Source: Mobula hypostoma (Eukaryota). From it: DNA of 64,000 nucleotides. The position numbers and the translations under genes were made by a program. This document shows, piece by piece, positions 1-10,120 of this stretch; within the stretch, counting starts at the first letter, position 1; every line of letters begins with the position of its first letter. The DNA lies in NCBI RefSeq assembly GCF_963921235.1, contig NC_086097.1, positions 71,922,001 to 71,986,000 on the forward strand, in the 5' to 3' direction. Below the pieces are notes generated by a model that saw only the letters and a program-made list of their open reading frames with translations, did no database searches and was not told the DNA's origin.

Positions 1-198
1 GTACTGTAGTAGCATTGGCAGTGTTCTAACTTGTTCTGTATTTCATTTAAATACACAATTTGTTACTGAATAAAATGGTAGTTTGTCTTTTTTATACCTT
101 TTTAACTATTTCCAAGAAACTTGGACTAATTAGGGCAGCCGCTTAATTGGGCCAAAATGTACTGGTCCTGGTGTGTCCCAATGAACTGAAATCCACTG
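1..198. mobile_element. End of a TcMar-Tigger/pogo-like DNA transposon, truncated by the window edge
   Basis: Ends in ...gtcccaatgaactgaaatccactg followed by TA (199-200), resembling a CAGTGGATT... Tigger-type terminal inverted repeat; a related subterminal ttaattgggc motif lies near 143-152. Confidence 0.6.
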
Positions 199-983
199 TA
201 TTGGACTTCTACCAACACATCAGGTGAAGTCAACTTTGTTAGTGTGGAGAAAGGAGCTAATCTTGATCCACAGAGGCCAATAGCATTCTAAGTCATAAAT
301 GTTCCTATGGAACTAATGGAAGAATCAATTAATTTCTTTTGATAAAAACCAGTGAATTCAAGGCTAAGTTCTACAAATGCAATTTGTTTTGCTAACTTAT
401 GTCATTTATGTCTGTGTTGAAAAGTAATGTTGCTTGAGTTTTCAAAAACACCACGAATATTTTAAATCTGGAAGCGTTATCTTATCATAGGGAGGAGTCG
501 TGTTAGACATAGAGCAATGATGGGGTTAATAGCTTATGAAGGCATTACAGCATAACTTTGTGTATCAATGAAGAGAGGTACAGAGTTAACGATTCAGAGT
601 TTTTCAGAAAAGTGGTAGAGTTTCTGACTGCAGAAACAGTTTCCCAGATAACTGTTTCCATCAACTTGGGCAAGGGTAAGCCCCTGAGGGAGCCTCACTG
701 CTGGCATGCCAATGGCACTCGTAGTTGGATTGCTCATGGCAATGGAGTGCCAACATGCTGAAGGTTCTGAACAATTTTAAGAAATCTATCCATAGGAACT
801 GCACTGGATTAGAACCCGTGCAGGTTTGGTGGCTCCTTTTCAATGGAGAAAATTGGCAACAAGGGAGAGGCTTATGGGACCCCCTGAAATATTCACTTTG
901 TTTCTCTCTTCACAAATAACATCTGCCAGTATTGTCTTTTTATTTTTCATTTGCATAATTTACCTAGTATTTGTCTTGTTTCA

Positions 984-1001
984 GTGTGTGTGTGCGTGTG
1001 T

Positions 1002-1042
<41 letters not shown>
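984..1042. repeat. (TG)n microsatellite
   Basis: Directly visible, with two interruptions. Confidence 0.98.
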
Positions 1043-1047
<5 letters not shown>

Positions 1048-2689
1048 AGCTTGCATATGCAGAAGCAGTCTATTATTATGCTAGCTCTCTGAGAAAATGT
1101 AAGTGGAACCAGTATTTAAAATGACACTTAACTAATTCAACAAAGATCAAACAAACATAGAGATCCTGTTGAGATCCCTCTCTGTTTCCTCTGTTATCAT
1201 CTCCCGCTTAGAGCTTGCTGCAAACACTGTTAGTAGATCAAGGTCAGCTGGCAAAAGTGAAAAAAAATGCTGCACTAGTGGTATTGTTCTAAGAGCACAT
1301 ATTGTTGAATGAATGAAATAAAGCAATGTTACATCAGCTTAATTATTCATATCATAGAATTAGCCATGCTTCGAAGAAATACAACATGAAAACAGTAATC
1401 ACTGATTATTTCTACAGGAAATTCCAATTCCTAGTGAAAACTTTAATTGAGCTTGATATAAAGTATGAAATCAGATAGAATTTGTTCAGTGTTGCAAAAG
1501 TGGGTTTCAGCCGTGCCATTAGACTCAATGGTCAAAACATCAAATACTTGGGTGGTAGTGATTTGTAAATCTCTGGTACAAATGCTAATCACTGGAAAAT
1601 CAGATGTTAAGTTCAAATCTGAATTCGAAGATTTTTGATAATTGAGGATAGTGAGGGATGTGGAAAGAGTGTGGACATGGAATTTGGTCATCGATCAGTC
1701 TCAATCCCATTGGATGACAGAAAATAGTCAAGTGACTGAATGGACTTCTCTTATTCCTAAACTCCTTTGCTGCATACATATATCCTTTTTGCAATCATCT
1801 TAAACCAAAGAAACATGAAAAAAAGAGTATTTCTACTCTGAAGGAAACATCAGAATGTCTGTACAGAGTTGTATAAGAGAATATGCAATACGTGAAAGAT
1901 TATTTTGGGAAGTTTCCCAAAATTACAAGGAATTAAGTTCAAACTAGCAAAACAAAGACTGGTAGGGGAATTCCTTCTTTACATTTCAAGTAGCAAATGC
2001 ATGAAATGGAGTCCTGTTTGAAGCAATGAAAGCAAAAGCTCATGTCATTTAGGTATACTCGTCAAAATGAGAGAATTTAAATGTATTTCTGGATAGATGA
2101 AATAAAATGAGCTACATGACTTTTCTCACCTGTAAAACTCCCATGATGTGATGAGAAGAGGCTCAGAAGGGAAATCAGTCATGGACTAGGTTACATGCAA
2201 ATCAGTATCTATACTGCCTGATTTAATTTCAAAGCCTTAATATGTAAAATAGGTTAATTTACATTATCCTGATTTCCCCAGCTGATCCTGGCTGTTGCAA
2301 ATAGCTTTCAGATATATGCAGATAGGTAAGTGAAATTGAGATAAATAGGTTTCTGTTAACAGCAAGATTGATGAAAGTTTTGAAAGGTGAGAAGAGTTCC
2401 GATAAGTCTGGAGGATGGTGACAAACATTTTCCATGCTTTACACCTTTAATGCCAAAGTTCATCATTTCAGTTACACTCTGCATATCAAAAACTTGAAGG
2501 TTATATATTTTTGTCAACATCAAATAACTGTAGAAGATAAAATGTATAGTTTATTCACAGAATTTTACTTTCTGTTTGAGTATATGTCTTTGTGTTGGAG
2601 GCTGAATGGGAAAGGGGATGGAATACATGGTGGGTGGAGTTAAACAGCTCACACATAATTACCCAAGCTGTCCTGACATGTCAACCCTT

Positions 2690-3225
2690 TGCAGACCCGA
2701 AGAAGGGTCTCAGCACAAAACGTCAACTCTTTTCTCTTTTCCATAGATGCTGCCAGCCTGCTGAGTTCCTTCAGCATTTTACGTGTGTTGCTTTGGATTT
2801 CCAGTGTCTGCAGTCTTTTTGAGGGATGCCTACCCTGAAGAAGTTTAAGTCTTCCCTTCGATGGGAGTTCACTGATACTCTCTCTCACTGTTCCCCCTCT
2901 GTGATCTCTCGGCCCTCTGACTCTTCGACTCTGTGCTCACCCAGACCCGCTACTATCTCTTTCACCAATCAACCTCCTGGATCTATACTTCACTGCCTCC
3001 CACTCTCCTAGTTTCACCTATCACCTACCACTTTGTACTTCTTTCTCCCCTCCCCCCCAATTTCTTACACTGACTTCTCCCCTTCCTTTCCAGTACTGAA
3101 GAAGGGTCTTGGCCTGATTTGTCGACTGTTTACTCTTTTCCATTGATGTTGCCTGGCCTGCTGAGTTCCTCTAGCATTTTGTGTGTGTTGCTCTGAATTT
3201 CCAGCATGTTCAGGTTTTGTCATGT
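2690..3225 (+). mobile_element. Two head-to-tail 3'-end fragments of a Penelope-like element
   Basis: The block 'gaagggtct..gcc.gaaacgtcgact...gatgctgcc..gcctgctgagttcct..agcatttt.tgtgtgttgc' occurs at about 2700-2815 and 3100-3215, and matches the 3' end of the GIY-YIG element at 51913-53074. Confidence 0.8.
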
Positions 3226-3325
3226 TTGTGATTCTACTACTCAACTGGCCTGCTCTGATCCTTAAATCCACCAGATTAAAAACCACAGAGCTCATTAAGT
3301 GTGAATTTAATTCAGCTACTTTACA

Positions 3326-3445
3326 TAAGAGCATAGGACATTACAACATGGAGTCTGCTTGCCATTGCACCATGGCTGATTTATTATCCCTTTCAACCCC
3401 ATTCTCCTGGCTTCTCCCCATAATCATTGACACCCTTACGAATCA
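3326..3445 (-). mobile_element. Short CR1 LINE 3'-end fragment
   Basis: 'catggctgattta...caaccccattctcctg.cttctccccataa' is the reverse complement of the CR1 3' end seen in other copies (e.g. 30110-30230). Confidence 0.65.
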
Positions 3446-3746
3446 TCAATTCAATCATATATCTGAAGCACCTTCAATAACTCCAAAAGACTAAAGTTGG
3501 GTAAAATACTGAAAGGTCGTACAATACGACCTCCATGGTGAGTGTCTGCCCCCGGGCTGAGGGGGAGGGGCAAGATGAAATCAGCTTTATACAGAAATCT
3601 GTGGGAGGAGCCACAGGGGCAGTCAGCAGAGGGGCATGTCCAGACAGTTAACACAGTTACAACATATATATGGTTTACCATAATATCTATGATTGAATTC
3701 TCTGTGCTGCAATTTTTTCACCCAAGTTCATAATTTATCTCTCAGT

Positions 3747-4566
3747 TGTCACGTGTGGCGCCAAGCAGAGCTGCAGGACGGATGATTCTAATGAGAGAGA
3801 TAACGGAAGACAATGGAGAAACGTTCAAAATGCTAATAAGAGAGAAGAGAGAGAGTAACGAGAAAGAAACATAATTCCGATGTTGTTGTCTGCGACAGGC
3901 CGTTTGCTTTGAACCTGAACTGTTTGAAGTTTGATGGACAGGTGATACCCCAGCAGGAGGATAAAAATAGCAGGTTTGCTAAGGCACGGGACACACGCCT
4001 TGAGACCCTGGAAAGAGCAGTGTGCCCCACAAGGTGGTGGGAGTTTGGAGGACCAGTTTGCGAGAATCGGTCAGAGGCTCACAGGGTGAAAAGTTACGAT
4101 TGGTGGGAACCTGGTGTGTGTCTGCCCTTGCCTGGGTGCCGGGTTCACCACAGAAGAACGATCGCATCCAGAATGGAAGGATCACAGTCGGTGACCACAG
4201 CTGGATCAGAAGGCATCGAAAGGTTTGCCTGAAACCAACTGCATCTCTCACTCTCTCTCTCTCTCTCTCTCTCTCCCCCCAATGGTACAACAACAGCGAT
4301 TACTTCGAACTGCACTAGACTGAACTGAACTCTGCTTCACTTAAGACTAATCATTTTACTGCAATAGAGCTTGGTTGATTCCTATTACCCCATTTTTGTG
4401 TATATGTGTATACTATCATTGCTAACCTGTTACATTTATATCCTTGTAATTAGTGTACTGTATTACTTATTTCTTTAATAAAACTTTATTAGTTCCTAGT
4501 AATCACAGACTCCAACAAGCGTTCCATTTCTGCTGGTTTGGCAACCCAGTTATGGTGTACGTAACA
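3747..4566 (+). repeat. 5' LTR
   Basis: TGTCAC...GTAACA; contains a TATA-like GGATAAAA (about 3959), a (CT)n run and AATAAA at 4477-4482; homologous to 9306-10120. Confidence 0.97.
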
Positions 4567-4570
4567 TAAG

Positions 4571-4596
4571 TGGGGATCTCGTCTGGGATTTTGAAC
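4571..4596 (+). promoter_or_regulatory. Primer-binding site complementary to the 3' end of tRNA-Pro
   Basis: tggggatctcgtctgggattttgaac versus the canonical tRNA-Pro PBS TGGGGGCTCGTCCGGGATTTGAAC, 4 nt downstream of the 5' LTR. Confidence 0.85.
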
Positions 4597-4667
4597 GCCA
4601 AAATTGGGACTGGGTAAATTGATTGGGTTAGAATTCCCGAAAGAAAAAAAAAGGGCAAACAGCAGAA

Positions 4668-6614
4668 ATGGAGATTGAGGAATTTCTAAAGGCACCAACA
4701 TTGGAGGCATTAGAGGATGCCAGGAAATCAGAATTGGCGACTGTTGCAAAATGCTTGAATCTTTTTAAGGGGAAGCCGACAATGAGGAGAACAGAGATGC
4801 ACAGAGATAACGTTGAGCATTATGTATCTAAAGGTGTGTTTCCCCACGGGGAGCTGGAGGTGGTGTCTATGAGCAAACCTGGTGGGGAGACAGTGCAGCT
4901 GCAGATGGAAAAGTTAAGGCTCGAACATGAGTTCCGAATGAAGCAGTTAGAACAGGAAAAGAGAGAGTAAAGCAGTTAGAACGAAAAGAGAGAGAGAAGG
5001 AAAGGGAGTTTGAGCGGGAGAAGTTAAGGATGGCATTAGAGAGGGGCCAAATGCTGGACCATGGTGGAGGGTTCAGGGCGAACAGGAGGTTAGGTTGGTT
5101 CCCCCATTTGAGGAGGCCGATGTTGATCAGTACTTTCTACATTTTGAAAAAGTCGCTGCAAGTCAGGACTGGCCGAGGGATAAGTGGGCTGTTTTGCTCC
5201 AGAGCAGCTGAAAGGGAAGGCTCAGCAAGCTTACTCAGCATTGTCAGCAGAAGACGCCCAGAGGTATGATGTGGTGAAAGAGGCTACACTCAGGATTTAT
5301 GAGTTGGTCCTGGAGGCATACCGGCAAAGGTTCCGGAATGCGAGGAAGCAGTGGGGCTGCACGTACTTAGAGTTTGCCCGTGAGATACAGATGTATTGTG
5401 AGCGTTGGTGCGCCTCGAAAGAGGTCACTGGGAATTATGACAAACTGCTACAGCTAATACTGATTGAGCAATTAAAAGGTCGTGTCCCTGAAGATATGAG
5501 GCCCTATTTAGATGAGAAAGAGGCAGAAACATTAGCCGCAACTGCTAAGTTAGCAGATGAGTACACATTAACACACAAAGCAAAGTTTACCCCAAGCAAG
5601 AGCTACCAGAAGGGTAGTCGAGAGGGTGGAGAAAGTCTGCCGGCAAAGCCAGAAAGTAAGTCGGGAACTAGTGAGAAGGATAAGGAAGACCGGAAGCAGT
5701 TTGGTAGGAAGTCTCCTGGGGTCGTATGCTATAATTGTGGGAAAGCCGGTCACATTGCATCCAGGTGTTTTGTCCCTAAGAAGGAGACAGGGAAAAGAAA
5801 AACGACGACTCCGACTGGCTGTATTGAGCCAGCAAACAAACCGCTAGGGGAGAAGAGGTCTGATAGAGTTCAAGAAGGGCGCGAGAAGTTTATTCTGGCT
5901 GGATTGGTGTCGGTGAAGGAGGGGTCAACCCCAGTTCCAGTACGGATCTGGAGAGACACTGGGTCTTGTCAGTCATTGATCTTAAGCAGGGTGTTAGACT
6001 TTAGAGCAGAGACCGAGACTGGGGAGGTCAGTGTGATAAAAGGCATTGGGAAAGGGACTGAAGCAGTACCTCTGCACCAGATATACCTGAAAAGTGATTT
6101 GGTCTCCGGAAGGGTCACGATAAGGGTGAGGCCCGAATTACCGATAGAAGACGTGGAGGTCTTACTCAGTAACGACCCTGCAGGTGGAGATGTGTACCCA
6201 GCAGTAAAGCTGACAAGCAAGCCTGCCAGGACTGAGGACCCGTCCATGGACTCACAGGTTTATCCCATTTGTGCAGTAACTCGACACATGTCAAGAAAGG
6301 CTGCCGAAGCAAATGTGGATTTAGCTGAGACGTTTTTACCAGCCTTGTACCAGGAGGGGTTAGAAAGTGAGAAGAAGGAGCATAGTGGAGCGGAAGGAAG
6401 TGAAGGAGTTGAGGTAGATTTATCATTAGTGAGGAAGGAATTTATACAGGCACAGGAACGAGACGAGGAGCTGATGGTTTTGATGGAGACAGCTCTCTCT
6501 GAAGCAGAAATAAAAAGGGAACCAGTGGGCTATTATGTGAAGGAGGGAGTACTGATGAGGAAGTGGAGATCAAGTACCGTGCCCGCAGATGAGGCGTGGG
6601 GGGTGGCACACTAG
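4668..6614 (+). pseudogene. gag: gag-protease region: coiled-coil N-terminus, SCAN-like capsid domain, CCHC zinc knuckle and aspartic protease; disrupted
   Basis: ORFs 4668-4970 and 5184-6614; EAYRQRFR...LILIEQ...LADEY (about 5313-5564), CYNCGKAGHIASRC (5727-5768), WRDTGS protease motif (about 5955); stop at 4970, frameshifts near 5080-5200, TAG at 6612. Confidence 0.9.
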
Positions 6615-7670
6615 GTGCTAGTGCCGAAAATTTATAGGGACGAGATTTTTAACCTGGCCCACAAGATACCCCTCGGTGGACATTCTGGGGTGAGGAAAAC
6701 AGTCGATAGAATTATGAAAGAGTTTTACTGGCCGAACATGAGGAAGGATATTGTTGACTATTGTAGACGATGTCATTTATGTCAGGTGGTAGGAAAGCCG
6801 AACCAAGTCCTGCCTAAAGCGCCCCTTCGACCGATACCCGCTTTCGGGGAACCTTTTTCCCGAATAATTGTGGATTTTGTCGGTTCCCTGCCCAGAACTG
6901 TGAGTGGGCGAGAGTATGTGATGACTATGATGTGCGCCACCACCAGGTTTCCGGAGGCAGTGCCCCTGGCAACCGTCAAGGCTCCCGCAGTGGTAAAGGC
7001 GCTTGTGAAATTTTTCACTACGGTGGGGCTGCCAAGGGAAATTCAGTCAGATCAGGGGAGTGTCTTCACATCTCACACATTCCGACGGATGTTGGATGAG
7101 ATGGGAGCAAAGCAGATTTTGGCCTCCGCGTACCAACTGGAGTCCCAAGGGGCGTTGGAAAGATTCCACACAACATTAAAGACCATGATTAAAACTTATT
7201 GTCAAGAGAACGCTAGAGACTGGGATGATGCCTTGCCTCTCTTGTTATTTGCCATAAAGGACACGGTTCAGGAGGCAATGGGGTTCAGCCCATTCGAGCT
7301 CGTCTTCAGCCATCGGCCCAGAGGACCTCTGACCTTACTGAAAGAGCAATGGTCCAGTCCAACAGTACAAGTCAATGTGATTGATTATGTTTTAAAATTT
7401 CGTGAGAGGCTTAGAAGGATCTGTGACCTTGCCAAAGAAAATCTACGAAACTCCCAAACAAAAATGAAACAGTGGTATGATAGACGTGCCCACGAACAAG
7501 TGTTTCAAGGGGGCGATAGGGTCTTAGTTCTGTTTCCAGTGGTAACCAACCCCCTCCAGGCGAGATTCCACGGTCCGTACAAAGTGATTAAAAGGATAGA
7601 CTCTTTGAATTATGTTATTGAAACGCCAGACAGATGTAAGCCGACCCAATTGTTGCTATTAATATGTTAA
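6615..7670 (+). pseudogene. pol: Integrase domain of pol, upstream of RT
   Basis: HHCC zinc finger (AHKIPLGGH...CRRCHLC), DDE core (IIVDFVG, IQSDQG, GALERFH) and GPY/F motif (RFHGPYKV). Confidence 0.93.
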
Positions 7671-9184
7671 AAGCTTACCACGGTAAGAAAGCAGATCTAG
7701 TCGGTGTTATCACAAAAATAAATGAGGCTGGGCTGCCAAATGATAAGGGGAAAAGCCATCTTGAAAAGGTAAATATGGTGCCGACCAGATTGGAGAACTC
7801 TATTGTTTTGGCCAACTTTGCTGGTAAGGTCTCTCACTTAACCCCTGAACAGAGCGAGCCGCTGATAAAGCTAATTAACCGGCATGCAGATGTATGTCCG
7901 GATGTCCCGAGGCGATGCAAGGGGATGGTACATGATGTTGTTGTTACATCAGATCAGCCTATTAAGAAACACCCCTATAGGATGAACTTGGAGAAGGGCA
8001 AGCTAGTGGAGAAAGAAGTTGAACACATGCTAGCCACAGGTATTATTAGGCCATCCAAATCGGAATGGGCTTCTCCCTGTGTGGTTGTCCCGAAACCCAA
8101 TGGGAGCATCCGATTCTGTACAGATTACAGAAAGGTGAACGCCATCACAAAAACTGATGCTTACCCCATCCTAAGGGTAGACGATTGCATCGATAAAGTA
8201 GAGAGAGCTAAGTACATCACAAAGATCGATTTGCTGAAAGGATACTGGTGTGTTCCTTTAATCAACCGGGCTAGAGAAATCTCAGCCTTTGTCACTCCAT
8301 CCGAGTTATATGAGTATAATGTTTTACCTTTTGTCATGAAGAACGCCCCAGGGACCTTCCAAAGGATGATCAATTCAGTGATAAAAGGGTTAAAGAACGC
8401 AGAAGTGTATATTGACAATTTAGTGGTCTGGAGTGACACATGGGAGGAGCACATTGTGGCAGTAGGGACTGTTTAAACGGCTGTCTGAAGCCAACCTGAC
8501 AGTGAACCTCGCGAAAAGTGAGTTCGGCCACGCTATGGTCACTTATCTGGGTTATGTGGTAGGACAGGGGCAGCTGGCACCGATGCAGGCTATCTCTGAA
8601 GTTCCCATCCCAACGGACAAGACAGCCCTGAGAAGGTTCTTGGGGATGGTAGGGTACTATCGGAAGTTTTGCAAAAACCTTGCGGATATTACCCTCCCTC
8701 TTACTAAGCTCTTGCTGAAGAATGAGAAGTTTGTGTAGAATGACCTTTGTCAACAAGCCTTCGAGAGTCTGAAGGCGATTCTGTGTCACCACCCTGTATG
8801 GAATGCGCCTGACTTTTCAAAACCCTTCTCCCTAGCAACAGATTCTAGCGATGAAGTGGCAGGGGCGGTGCTGTTGCAGACAGACAAAGAGGAAATTGAA
8901 CACCCAGTGGCTTATTTTTCTAAGAAGTTTAATGTCCATCAGAGAAATTATTCCACTGTGGAGAAGGAATTATTGGCAATCATTCTGGCATTACAACATT
9001 TTGAGGTTTATATTTGTCCAGCACGGAAATCACTGATCACAATCCATTAGTGTTTTTGACCACAATGAAGGATAAAGACAAATGCTTGTTAAGTTAGAGC
9101 CTGGTATTACAGGAATTTGATATTAAGATAAAACATATAAAAGGAACTGACAATGTGATTGCTGATTGTCTGTCCAGGTGTTAA
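7664..9184 (+). pseudogene. pol: Reverse transcriptase and RNase H domains of pol; disrupted
   Basis: WASPCVVVPK, RFCTDYRKVN, KIDLLKGYW, MKNAPGTFQR, YIDN (YxDD mutated), FLGMVGYYRKF, NYSTVEKELLA and a terminal NVIADCLSR; several frameshifts and stops. Confidence 0.93.
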
Positions 9185-9289
9185 AACTTAAAGTTCTCTG
9201 TATTAGCTGAATAGCTGATGGCTACCTGTATATTAGTGTGTATCTTATAATGTGCATTCATGCCCATAATTTTTACCCTGGTAAAAATC

Positions 9290-9305
9290 CTTTTAAGGGT
9301 GGGAG
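9290..9305 (+). promoter_or_regulatory. Polypurine tract
   Basis: ttttAAGGGTGGGAG immediately before the 3' LTR. Confidence 0.75.
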
Positions 9306-10120
9306 TGTCATGTGTGGCGCCAAGCAGAGCTGCAGGACGGATGATGCTAATGAGAGAGATAACGGAACACAATGGAGAAACATTCAAAATGCTAATAAGA
9401 GAGAAGAGAGAGATTAACGAGAAAGAAACACAATTCCAATGTTGGCATCTGCACCAGACCATTTGCTTTGAACCTGAACTGTTTGAAGTTTGATGGACAG
9501 GTGATACCCCAGCAGGAGGATAAAAATAGTAGGTTTGCAAAGGCACAGGACACACGCCTCGAGACCCTGGAAAGAGCAGTGTGCCCCACAAGGTGGTGGG
9601 AGTTTGGAGGACCGGGTCACAGGAATCGGTCAGAGGCTCACAGGGTGTAAAGGTACGATCGGTGGGAACCTGGTGTGTGTCCGCCCTTGCCTGGGTGTTG
9701 GATTCACCGTGGAAGAACGATCACATCCAGAATGGAGGGGTCACAGTCAGTGACCACAGCTGGATCAGAAGGCATCGAAAAGGTTTGCCTGAAACCAACA
9801 GCATCTCTCACTCTCTCTCTCTCTCCAACAGTACAACAACAGCGATTACTTCGAACTGCACTAGACTGAATTGAACTCTGCTTCACTTAAGACTGATCAT
9901 TTTACCCCTAGATTGCAACAGAGCTTGGTTGATTCCTATTACCCTATTTCTGTGTGTATGTGTGTACTATCATTGCTAACCTGTTACATCTATATTCTTG
10001 TGATTAGTGTACTGTATTACTTATTTCTTTAATAAAACTTTATTAATTCCTAGTAATCACAGACTCCAACACGTGTTCCATTTCTGCTGGTTTGGCAACC
10101 CAGTTACGGGGTACGTAACA
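9306..10120 (+). repeat. 3' LTR
   Basis: TGTCAT...GTAACA followed by the TSD CAGT; roughly 92-93% identical to the 5' LTR by manual count over the first ~360 bp. Confidence 0.97.

Larger units (their letters stand above)
3747..10120 (+). mobile_element. Full-length Gypsy-superfamily LTR retrotransposon of the Gmr1 type (gag-PR-IN-RT-RH), inactivated
   Basis: Two direct repeats of about 815-820 bp bounded by TG...CA, a 4-bp TSD CAGT (3743-3746 and 10121-10124), PBS, PPT and a gag-pol region broken by stops and frameshifts. Confidence 0.97.

Noticed and set aside
826..1092. Cys/Val-rich ORF
   Set aside because: It is a translation of the (TG)n repeat and T-rich flank.
3833..4318. Overlapping ORFs in the LTRs as accessory genes
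   Set aside because: The frames differ in length and phase between the two LTRs and show no motifs.
6612..6614. In-frame TAG between the gag-protease and integrase ORFs as a programmed read-through site
   Set aside because: It lies after the protease at the start of integrase, where a Gln is plausible (H-Q-V-L-V-P). A CAG-to-TAG mutation in an element with many other lesions is simpler.
5184..6614. Host ZSCAN or CCHC zinc-finger gene
   Set aside because: It lies between LTRs, is followed by protease, integrase and RT, and has no C2H2 array.
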